Shown here in pieces: positions 1 to 7,618 of a stretch of DNA of 10,839 nucleotides. How positions within the stretch are numbered: the stretch's first letter is position 1; the number at the start of each line of letters is the position of its first letter. The position numbers and the translations under genes are program-made. The stretch spans positions 1 through 10,839 of the forward strand of contig JBHHXN010000174.1 of the NCBI GenBank assembly GCA_046757025.1. Direction: 5' to 3'. The stretch is from a bacterium (GTDB lineage: Bacteria; Zhuqueibacterota; Zhuqueibacteria; Oceanimicrobiales; Oceanimicrobiaceae). The notes under the pieces were generated by a model. That model was not told the origin of the DNA, did no database searches, and saw only the letters and a program-made list of their open reading frames with translations.

Positions 1-432
1 CGCCATTTCCAGCTGGCTGTCACCAATGGCCACCATGTGTTTGACTGTGGTGAGCTTCGACTTCAGTTTCGTCACCGATGGTTGCCATTCCGGTGAGTAG
101 ATCAAAATTTTCGGCCCGGCTTCAGCGATGATGTTTTGCAATTCTGCGACGGTCAATCGCCAATTCAGATTGTGCAGGATGGCGCCGGTTTTGTTGCAGG
201 CGAAAAACAAGTCCAGATATTCGGCGCAATTGCTGGCATACACCGAAATCCGATCCCCTTTTCGCACCCCCAGGCTGTACAGGAAGTTGGCAGTTTGATT
301 GACGCGGGCGTTCCAGGCCGCAAAGGAGATTTCTTCATCCGTCAGCGTGTCGAGCAGCGCCGTTCGCTCGGGTGTGAGCCTGGCCCGCTTGTCCAGCCAA
401 TCTGTGACAAAAAATGATTTTTGAGCTTCCAT
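1..432 (-). CDS. Long-chain fatty acid--CoA ligase / AMP-binding (ANL) enzyme, N-terminal 144 aa (3' end lies outside the window)
   Basis: Not in the ORF track because no stop lies in the window. Manual translation from the ATG at 432 gives MEAQKSFFVTDWLDKRARLTPERTALLD...WNARVNQTANFLYSLGVRKGDRISVYASNCAEYLDLFFACNKTGAILHNLNWRLTVAELQNIIAEAGPKILIY..., open to base 1. This is a typical ANL N-terminus (GVRKGDRI, GAI..LNWRL) and aligns with the 4336..5868 paralogue. Confidence 0.92.
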   Translation of the reverse strand, partial: MEAQKSFFVTDWLDKRARLTPERTALLDTLTDEEISFAAWNARVNQTANFLYSLGVRKGDRISVYASNCAEYLDLFFACNKTGAILHNLNWRLTVAELQNIIAEAGPKILIYSPEWQPSVTKLKSKLTTVKHMVAIGDSQLEMA

Positions 433-510
433 CGTTTCTTATTCTTGGCAAGTTTCAATCGCAATGCTGACATCTTATTGAAACTGAAAGGCCGTTTGCA
501 TTCCCACCAA

Positions 511-1557
511 TTAACCCGGTCCCCACTTGACGCAAGCGGCGCCCCAGACGTAACCGATTCCGGCGCCAACCATCATCATGAGATCGCCGGCTTTCAGCCG
601 TCCCTGTTTTTCGCCCTCGATGATGGAAAGAATGCTGTCCTGTTCGCCGATGTGTCCGTAATCGGCTAAATAAACCGAGTTGTCTTCGGTTAATCCCAAC
701 TGCTGCAACAGTTGGCGATGGGCGGAAGGCTTCACCAGAATCAAATTCAGATAACCGATGTCCTTGCGTGAATACGGTTGACCGTCGACTTTGGAGCCGC
801 TTTTCGCCAGTGCCCGGTCGATGCAGTGCAGCCAGTTCTTCATGGAAACTTCGTTGAGGCGGTTTTTCATGGCCTCCGGTTCCACCAGGTCGAAGTAAAA
901 TTGTTTGTTGGCTACCGCTTCGTCCGTGGGGTGTTGCACGGTGCCGCTGGCCGGTACGATGACGTGTTTGCTCATGGAACCGTCGCTCATGAGATGGCTT
1001 CCCAGCACGTGATTATGGGGCCAGTTTTTGCGTAGCAACAGCGCACCCGCGCCGGCGCCGATGTTGAACATAAATGATGTGCGGGAGTTTTGAAGGTTGA
1101 TGAATTTGCTGATGTTGTACCCGCCTGCTATGAGCACGGTGCGGATGTCTTCGTTGTTGAGCATCATATCCCTGGCTTGTTTTAGCGCGGCGATGGTGGT
1201 GCAGCAGCGCATGTGGACATCCATAGCCCAGGCGTTGACCGCGCCGATTTCATGCGCCAGATGAATGCCCGCTGTCCAGAGTAAATACTCTTTCCATTCC
1301 TCGGTGGTACACAGCACTACGTCGATTTCTCGTGGATGGACCTGGGCTGTTTCCAGACAAGATTGCGCCGCACGGATAGCCATTTGATTGGGATGGTCTT
1401 CCGGCCCGGCGATATACTTTTTGTTGATACCCAGTTTTTCGCGCACCACCCATTCAGGTAGGCCGCTTTCCCGGGCAATATCCGCAGCGGTTAAAAACTT
1501 GTTAGGCAGGTAAAATCCGGTACTGACAATGCCAACAGATGAGGTTTGACGGTCCAT
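511..1557 (-). CDS. 3-oxoacyl-ACP synthase III (FabH/KAS III)-fold protein with atypical active site
   Basis: 348 aa. FabH-like motifs: GIVSTGFYLP, EKLGI, AMDVHMRC (Cys118 at the nucleophile position), IGAGAGALLL (GDGAGA-equivalent), YGHIG (YGNT-equivalent), GRLKAGDLMMMVGAGIGYVWGAACVKW. Confidence 0.92.
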   Translation of the reverse strand: MDRQTSSVGIVSTGFYLPNKFLTAADIARESGLPEWVVREKLGINKKYIAGPEDHPNQMAIRAAQSCLETAQVHPREIDVVLCTTEEWKEYLLWTAGIHLAHEIGAVNAWAMDVHMRCCTTIAALKQARDMMLNNEDIRTVLIAGGYNISKFINLQNSRTSFMFNIGAGAGALLLRKNWPHNHVLGSHLMSDGSMSKHVIVPASGTVQHPTDEAVANKQFYFDLVEPEAMKNRLNEVSMKNWLHCIDRALAKSGSKVDGQPYSRKDIGYLNLILVKPSAHRQLLQQLGLTEDNSVYLADYGHIGEQDSILSIIEGEKQGRLKAGDLMMMVGAGIGYVWGAACVKWGPG

Positions 1558-1641
1558 TATTTAATATATCAGATTTGTTTTATTTGCGGGTGCCGGACAT
1601 GCCAGCGATGTTTTTCGCACCTGATCACAAATATTAAATTT

Positions 1642-1687
1642 TTCTCCCGCGCCCGGAAAGGGGCTTCCCTTTGGGGACGCGGGAGAA
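1642..1687. terminator. Strong GC-rich stem-loop just downstream of the TonB-dependent receptor (partial terminator or mRNA-stabilising hairpin)
   Basis: TTCTCCCGCG (1642-1651) pairs with CGCGGGAGAA (1678-1687), with an inner AAAGGG/CCCTTT stem. It lies 18 nt past the receptor stop. On the minus strand it is followed by AAATTTAATATTT rather than a clean U-tract. Confidence 0.6.
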
Positions 1688-1705
1688 TTGCTGAAGATGG
1701 ACAAT

Positions 1706-4180
1706 TTATCGAATGTTGAATTTCAGCTCGGTGGAAAATAACCTGCCGATGGCTGGTGAGGCCACAAATTCCCTCACCTCCGAATCGAAGACGTTGATCA
1801 CCTGGCCTGAGATGGACACGTATTTGTTGATCTGATAGCCCAGGCTAATATCCACGTTGACGAAGCCGCCCAGGGGACCTTCGTTAAAATCACGCCCCAC
1901 GCGCTTTCCTTCGATCACCGATTCGCCGCCGTAAATCAAATCTTCGTTGGTGCTGGCAGCCACGTTGATGCCGGAGAAGAAGTCGTACTCGTCCACCCAG
2001 CGTGCGCCGATGCTGCCAAAAAAGTTGTTTTTATTCACGTTCAATCCGACGTTTAATTTGTGCTTGGGCGTGTTGATGGGCAGATCGTTTTCGTTGACGT
2101 TGCCATCGCGGTTGCCGTCGTTTTTGGAGTCTTTTTCATCCAGGTCGAAGTCGAAATAAGAATAATTCAATTTCAAGTTGAAATGGTTGTTGAAGAAATA
2201 GTTGATGCCGAGATCGAAACCGAAAGTGTTGACTTCGCCAAAATTGAGATAGGTCAGGATAAAGCCCGAGCCGGTGGCCGGCGTGCCGGGAACCACCTCG
2301 CTCATGGGTTGATCGCCTCGGTGCGTGACGAAATTGCCGTTGGCCGCATCCGCAATATTGATCAGCGGACTGATGAAATTTTCGTGCATGTTGTAGTAGG
2401 CGTTGCTGTCGATAAACAATTTTTCGCTCACGACGCCTTTGTAACCCAGCTCGATAGTTTGAATGGTTTCCACTTCCAGCCCGGGAATTTTGGTGCCGTC
2501 GGTGAGCGTAAAACCTTCTCCGTTGCCCAGGAGCAGACCGCCAAAAATGTTGGCACTCAGATTCAAAATAGTCGGGGCGGCAATGCCTTTACCGTATGTC
2601 AGACGCCAGGTGTTGCTGCCGCTGCTGTAGAGCAAACCGCCTTTGGGGATGAAGTTGAAGCCGTACAATTCATGGTCGTCGCCGCGAGCCGCCAGCACCA
2701 CCTCGAAACCGCTTTCCCCCAGCGCCTTTTCCACCTGTCCGTAAACGCCGAATTGGTCCAGATCGATGGAGCCGCCGCTGTCCAATAAATAAGTTCCTTT
2801 GCTGTTCGCCATGTCGCGCTGCCACTGAAAGCCGGCGGTGACATCGAATCCGCTCCAGGAATTGTTGTACTGCACTTCGGCATTCCAGCGTTTGGAGTCG
2901 TCTTTGAAATTGGCCTCTCGGTTTAAGGCAACGCCAAATGCCGAATTCCACTGTTCATGCAGAGAGCGACGCATGGCTTCTTCCTCGGAAAAGCCGGCGT
3001 TGATGAAGCTCAAATAGTTCTGAGTTCTCTGGTTGATGGCATAGGTGTCTTCGGTGATGCTCCAGGTGTGATAGACCTGTGCAAACAGTCTGGGCGAAAC
3101 ATAGCGTGCCTGCACGATGTGCAGCTGCCAATCCTTTATCTGGTTGCGACCGGCATTCGTGACAGACAAATTGTTATTGAGGCTGCCACCGTAGGTCAAT
3201 ATGAAATCCGATTCGTTAGTGGGGCTGAAATAAAAGGAGGCTTCTCCATGCAGGGAGTCGAAATCCCGATCCAGGGCCAGTTCATCGAAGCCCACACCGC
3301 CAACGTACACAGAATCCACGTAATTGAACTCTTCGCCCTGAACATACCCGGCCGCAACTTTAAACGCAAACAAATCGCTCAACACCTGTGCGTGACGGAA
3401 CCGGCCGGTGAAGGTGCTCTGGTTGCCGGCGCCTACTACCGCGGTGGTGCCTTCCGAATTGCGGGGATCTTTGGTAAGGGTGTTCACCAATCCGTTGTGC
3501 GCATTGGGACCGTAGAGAGCCGCTGAAGGTCCCAGAATGACTTCCACGCGCTCGATGTCTTCTTTCACCACGGTACTCAGGGCGCCATATGGCAAGCCAG
3601 TCGCGATAAGGGTGGAAAGCCGGGCATCGTTCATTTGCAGGTTTTTCGGGTTGAACGCGCTGTTGAAACCGCGCACGTTGATGCCCGTGCCCACGACGCC
3701 GGTGCGAACGTAGTCTACGCCTTTTTCATAGGCTAACAATTCGCCGATATTGGCCGATGGGTGCTCCGCAATTTGCTGGGCTGAAATGATGTTGATAGTG
3801 GCCGGCGCATCGGTTAACTTTTCAGGTCGGCGAGAAGCCGTTACCACCACCTGTTCACTCAAAAAATCGGTTTTTTCCAGCGCTGCTTCCACTTTGAGCT
3901 CCTCGTTTTCTACGACGCTTACCGATTGTGAGAACTGCGCAAATCCAATGTACGATACGATCAAAGTGTAGCTGCCGGCAGGTACATTCGTAATAGCATA
4001 TTCCCCCTGCAGATTCGTGGATGAGCCGTAACTGGTGCCTTTCAGATAAACATTGGCGCCGGCTAACGGCTGTCCCGTTTCTTTTTCGGTGACTTTACCA
4101 GAGATACTACCGTTACTGGCCACAGCCACTGAAGAGACCAGACAAATACAAACTGCGATTAACCACCATTTTTTAGTCAT
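1706..4180 (-). CDS. TonB-dependent outer-membrane receptor with N-terminal carboxypeptidase-regulatory-like domain
   Basis: 824 aa. Sec signal MTKKWWLIAVCICLVSSVAVA; N-terminal extension ISGKVTEKETGQPLAGANVYLKGT...; TonB box EQVVVTASRR; plug motifs INVRGF and IERVEVILGPSAALYG..A..GLVN; amphipathic barrel strands; C-terminal NVFD...GRLFSTELKF. RBS AGGAG at 4187-4191. Confidence 0.96.
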   Translation of the reverse strand: MTKKWWLIAVCICLVSSVAVASNGSISGKVTEKETGQPLAGANVYLKGTSYGSSTNLQGEYAITNVPAGSYTLIVSYIGFAQFSQSVSVVENEELKVEAALEKTDFLSEQVVVTASRRPEKLTDAPATINIISAQQIAEHPSANIGELLAYEKGVDYVRTGVVGTGINVRGFNSAFNPKNLQMNDARLSTLIATGLPYGALSTVVKEDIERVEVILGPSAALYGPNAHNGLVNTLTKDPRNSEGTTAVVGAGNQSTFTGRFRHAQVLSDLFAFKVAAGYVQGEEFNYVDSVYVGGVGFDELALDRDFDSLHGEASFYFSPTNESDFILTYGGSLNNNLSVTNAGRNQIKDWQLHIVQARYVSPRLFAQVYHTWSITEDTYAINQRTQNYLSFINAGFSEEEAMRRSLHEQWNSAFGVALNREANFKDDSKRWNAEVQYNNSWSGFDVTAGFQWQRDMANSKGTYLLDSGGSIDLDQFGVYGQVEKALGESGFEVVLAARGDDHELYGFNFIPKGGLLYSSGSNTWRLTYGKGIAAPTILNLSANIFGGLLLGNGEGFTLTDGTKIPGLEVETIQTIELGYKGVVSEKLFIDSNAYYNMHENFISPLINIADAANGNFVTHRGDQPMSEVVPGTPATGSGFILTYLNFGEVNTFGFDLGINYFFNNHFNLKLNYSYFDFDLDEKDSKNDGNRDGNVNENDLPINTPKHKLNVGLNVNKNNFFGSIGARWVDEYDFFSGINVAASTNEDLIYGGESVIEGKRVGRDFNEGPLGGFVNVDISLGYQINKYVSISGQVINVFDSEVREFVASPAIGRLFSTELKFNIR

Positions 4181-4335
4181 GATTTTCTCCTCTCTCTTTG
4201 ATGAATAAATTGAGTGCGTTTTTTTAAATAACGATATGAGTTGTAGCGGGCGGCGCGCGGTCGTTGGCCTTCTCTCCCCAGAACGCAGAAACCGTGTGTG
4301 TAAAAATTTGGGTGCTCATGAAATCGTTACCTTTA

Positions 4336-5868
4336 TCAGGTGGATTTGATCGTCTTTCGCAATTCGGCTTTGTGAATTTTGCCTGCACCAGACAGCGGCA
4401 GACGCTCTTTGAATATAAATTTTTGGGGAATTTTGTATTTGGCCAGATGCTGACGGAGGAAGGACCGTAGATTTTCTGCCGTGGCCGTTTGGTTTTTTTT
4501 CAATACGACAAAAGCGCATCCGGACTGGCCCCAGCGGGTGTCCTCCACCCCGATGACAGCGCACATGGCTACTGCTGGGTGCCGATACAGGACGTCTTCT
4601 ACTTCTGCAGGATAAACATTTTCACCGCCGCTGATATACATATCTTTTAGCCGATCCACGATGTAGAAATACCCTTCCTCATCCACGTAAGCCAGGTCGC
4701 CGGTGTGGAAATAATTGTCTTCGTCAAAAGCGGCCCGGGTGGCCGGTTTATCTCTGAAATAGCCGGTGGTGGCCGATGGCCCGCGCAGCACCAGCTCGCC
4801 GATTTCACCGCTTGCTTTGGGTTGATTGGTCTCGGGATCCACCACCCGCGCGTCCACGAAAAAATTCGGTTTTCCGATGGAGCCGGCTTTGCGCTGCGCA
4901 TCCTGAGCGGCCAGGGAAAACACGCCCGGCCCGAATTCCGTCATGCCGAATCCCTGGCGAAAGACCACGCCTTTTTCTTTTTGATATTTTCGAATCAGGG
5001 GCAGCGGCATGGGCGCTCCGCCGCTCATACAGTAGCGCAGGGAGCTCAAATCGGCCGCAGGCCAGCCAGAAGCCTGTGTCAACATTTGAAAGATGGCCGG
5101 CACACCGCCAAATATGGTGGCGCGTTCTGTTTCGATGATTTTGAGCACCTCATCTGCATCGAATTTTTTCGTTTGAATGACCGTGCCGCCTTGAATCAGA
5201 ATCGGTAAGGAAAACGCAAACAGACCTCCTGCATGAAACAAAGGAAAAATGTTCAAATAAGTGTCGCTGCCAAGCACGTCTCCTAGCAGCGAATTCAAAG
5301 TGTTCCAGACGATTTGACGGTGACTCATTTGGGCCGCTTTTGGCCGGCCCGTGGTTCCGCCCGTAAACAGCAGACACGCCGAGTCCATTTCGGTGATGGA
5401 TTCGCAGGAGACGGGGGTGGCAGAGGAGACCTGGATCGCCCGCTGAAAAGTCACTTTATCATCGCCGTCCAACGGTATCAATTGCGGCATCTCTGGGCAC
5501 GATTTTAAATGTTGCACGATTTGGCCCATGGGCTCCTGCGATGCGTAAAAAAGCACATGGGGTTGCGTGTGCCCAATTTGGTGTTCGATTTCCCGTGCAT
5601 GTAACCGCCAATTTAATGGTAAAAAGATCGCGCCGATTTTGCAGCAAGCAAAGAATGCATCGTAAAAATGCACGCCGTCGTATGCCAGCATGGCCACGCG
5701 CTGGCGCTTTTTGATGCCGGCCGCTTGCAGCCAATTGGCCAGTTTATTGGCCCGTTGATTCAATTGCTCAAACGTATACCGGCGGGCGGGAGCTTCAGAA
5801 TAGTCGATGAGCGCCAGGGAATGGGGGGTGTAAACCGTCCGGCGTGCCAGATAGTCACCGATGTACAT
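4336..5868 (-). CDS. Long-chain fatty acid--CoA ligase / acyl-CoA synthetase (MenE/FadD-like ANL enzyme)
   Basis: 510 aa. P-loop LFTGGTTGRPKAA, PLFHAGG, SGGAP, QGFGMTE, FHTGDL, IVDRLKDMYISGGENVYPAEVE, and catalytic Lys in PLSGAGKI. RBS-like AAGGGG upstream. Confidence 0.95.
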   Translation of the reverse strand: MYIGDYLARRTVYTPHSLALIDYSEAPARRYTFEQLNQRANKLANWLQAAGIKKRQRVAMLAYDGVHFYDAFFACCKIGAIFLPLNWRLHAREIEHQIGHTQPHVLFYASQEPMGQIVQHLKSCPEMPQLIPLDGDDKVTFQRAIQVSSATPVSCESITEMDSACLLFTGGTTGRPKAAQMSHRQIVWNTLNSLLGDVLGSDTYLNIFPLFHAGGLFAFSLPILIQGGTVIQTKKFDADEVLKIIETERATIFGGVPAIFQMLTQASGWPAADLSSLRYCMSGGAPMPLPLIRKYQKEKGVVFRQGFGMTEFGPGVFSLAAQDAQRKAGSIGKPNFFVDARVVDPETNQPKASGEIGELVLRGPSATTGYFRDKPATRAAFDEDNYFHTGDLAYVDEEGYFYIVDRLKDMYISGGENVYPAEVEDVLYRHPAVAMCAVIGVEDTRWGQSGCAFVVLKKNQTATAENLRSFLRQHLAKYKIPQKFIFKERLPLSGAGKIHKAELRKTIKST

Positions 5869-5998
5869 GACGCACCCCTTGCTGAATTTTCTCCATGGCT
5901 CTTTGTCTATCCAGGTGGAATGACATTTGAAAAGCTAAACTCATCATTGCCTGTTTGCTCGATGGATTAATGGTTCTGGTCGCTGTGCTACTCGCAAT

Positions 5999-6817
5999 TC
6001 AATCATTGTTGGAAGGCACAGAAATATTTGAAAAAAACTCAATGATTTCCTGATTGAATTTTTGGTGCATTTCATAAAAGAACAGATGTTTACCCTGGTA
6101 AATGGACAATTTGGCCTGGGGAATTTGCGTGTGCAAACGTCGCACGTCTTCCAAAGGCACCAGCGGGTCGCGTTCGCCTGCGCAGATCAATATTGGCGCC
6201 TGAATGCGTTTGGCCCGCGATTCCCCATCATAAGCATAGCCGGCCAGCAGTTGGCGATAGTAGGCAAATTCGGGTTGCGGATATTCGGTTCGCCAGGCCG
6301 TGATGGCTTCCAGTTCCTGCGGACAGTTTTGCAGGAAATCATCCGTAAAATTAAACCGGTAGCCGTCTTCCAGGCGCTCGCGCCGGTTGCGGCCATGCGG
6401 GCGAATGGTGCGGCAGAGAATATCGCCGTCGGGTCCGATTTGATTTTCTCCGCCCAGAGAGGTGCCCGCCAACGCTAGACCAAGCACGCTCTGCGGCCAC
6501 TGCGCTGCAAAATATTGTGCAATAAACCCGCCCATGGAAACGCCGAGCAAATATACTCTGGGATATTTGAGCTCTTCGAGCAGCACCCGCAAATCCGAGG
6601 CAAACAAAGCCACGGAATAGCGCTGGTCCGGTTTGTCCGAACGACCGCTGCCACGCAGCTCCGGCATGATCAATTCAAAATATTTGGATAATTCTGAAAC
6701 CGACTTCGACCAGAGCCAGTTGCCTGCACCCAGACCAGGAATCATCAGTAGTGGCGCACCCTCGCCGGTTCTTTCAACAAAAAGTTTGATGCCGTTCACG
6801 GCCACTAAGTTGTCCAT
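5999..6817 (-). CDS. Alpha/beta-fold hydrolase (esterase/enol-lactonase-like), cytoplasmic, 272 aa
   Basis: True start re-assigned to MDNLVAVNG (ATG at 6817, GGGGAG RBS upstream) instead of 7279. Oxyanion loop LLMIPGLG, ELRGSGRSDKP, nucleophile elbow GVSMGG, Asp in GERDPLVP, His in GKHLFF. Confidence 0.93.
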   Translation of the reverse strand: MDNLVAVNGIKLFVERTGEGAPLLMIPGLGAGNWLWSKSVSELSKYFELIMPELRGSGRSDKPDQRYSVALFASDLRVLLEELKYPRVYLLGVSMGGFIAQYFAAQWPQSVLGLALAGTSLGGENQIGPDGDILCRTIRPHGRNRRERLEDGYRFNFTDDFLQNCPQELEAITAWRTEYPQPEFAYYRQLLAGYAYDGESRAKRIQAPILICAGERDPLVPLEDVRRLHTQIPQAKLSIYQGKHLFFYEMHQKFNQEIIEFFSNISVPSNND

Positions 6818-6849
6818 GCAAAAGCTCCCCAGGTTGTTCAAATTCAGAG

Positions 6850-7593
6850 TTAAACCAGAATGCCGCCATCCACTGATAACACGGTTCCCGTGATAAACGC
6901 GGCTTCGTCCGATGCGAGAAAAAGGTACGCGTTGGCGATGTCTTCCACGGAACCCATCCTGCCGAGCGGCGTTTTCTGCACCATCAAATCGATGACTTTT
7001 TCCGGTATCGATTGCAGAATTTCGGTGGCGATGAAACCCGGCGCCACCGCGTTCACGCGAATGCCTTTTTTCCCCAGCTCTCGGGCCCAGGTTTTGGTCA
7101 TGCCGATGACTCCGGCTTTGGTGGCGACGTAATTTGTCTGACCAAAATTGCCGTACAAGCCCACCACCGAGGACGCGTTTAAAATGACGCCGCCGCTTCC
7201 CTGACTCTCCATCACTCGGGCAGCAGCCTGCCCACAAAGAAACACCCCCTTCAAATTGACGTCGATGACGCGCTGCCACTGCTCCAGCGCCATTTTCACC
7301 AGGCGGGCGTCCGCTACGATGCCGGCGTTGTTCACCAGAATATCGACTTTACCGAACGTGTCGAGCACTGCGGCAACCATCGTCTGAACGTCGTCGTGGT
7401 TTGTCACATCGACTTGCTTGAACAGAGCAGAGCCCCCGGCCTTTGTGATCTGCTCGACCACCGTTTTCCCGGCCGATTCGTTAATATCTGCAACCGCGAC
7501 TTTGGCGCCCTCTCGTGCAAAAGTCAGCGCGGTTTGTTGCCCAATGCCGCAGGCGGCGCCGGTGATGATAGCTGCTTTGTTTTTTAATCGCAT
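6850..7593 (-). CDS. fabG: 3-oxoacyl-ACP/CoA reductase-like classical SDR (FabG family)
   Basis: 247 aa. TGAACGIG, DILVNNAGI, ASSVVG, catalytic YVATK, NFGQTNY, VNAVAPGFI, ITGTVLSVDGG. RBS AGGAG at 7599-7603. The symbol denotes the family; this is probably not the housekeeping FAS II copy. Confidence 0.93.
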   Translation of the reverse strand: MRLKNKAAIITGAACGIGQQTALTFAREGAKVAVADINESAGKTVVEQITKAGGSALFKQVDVTNHDDVQTMVAAVLDTFGKVDILVNNAGIVADARLVKMALEQWQRVIDVNLKGVFLCGQAAARVMESQGSGGVILNASSVVGLYGNFGQTNYVATKAGVIGMTKTWARELGKKGIRVNAVAPGFIATEILQSIPEKVIDLMVQKTPLGRMGSVEDIANAYLFLASDEAAFITGTVLSVDGGILV

Positions 7594-7618
7594 TTCGACT
7601 CCTGAATCCGTTTTAAGT

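Noticed and set aside
136..669. Short ORFs 136..417, 342..569 and 421..669
   Set aside because: They overlap the real partial ligase (1..432) and the KAS III gene.
2060..3526. Long plus-strand ORFs (242 aa, 189 aa) and similar ones at 4705, 6062 and 8674
   Set aside because: They are antisense shadows of well-supported minus-strand genes and have no recognisable motifs.
4181..4335. Possible cobalamin/TPP riboswitch or Fur box upstream of the TBDR
   Set aside because: No B12 box, TPP core or GATAATGATAATCATTATC-like site is visible.
4336..5868. Assignment as menE, with the hydrolases as menH
   Set aside because: No other men genes are present, and duplicated ligases and hydrolases in a FabG/FabH context argue for a different pathway.
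6818..7279. 154-aa N-terminal extension of the hydrolase in the ORF track (426 aa)
   Set aside because: It overlaps the SDR gene in another frame, has non-protein-like Arg-rich composition, and a good RBS precedes the ATG at 6817. No slippery site suggests a programmed fusion.
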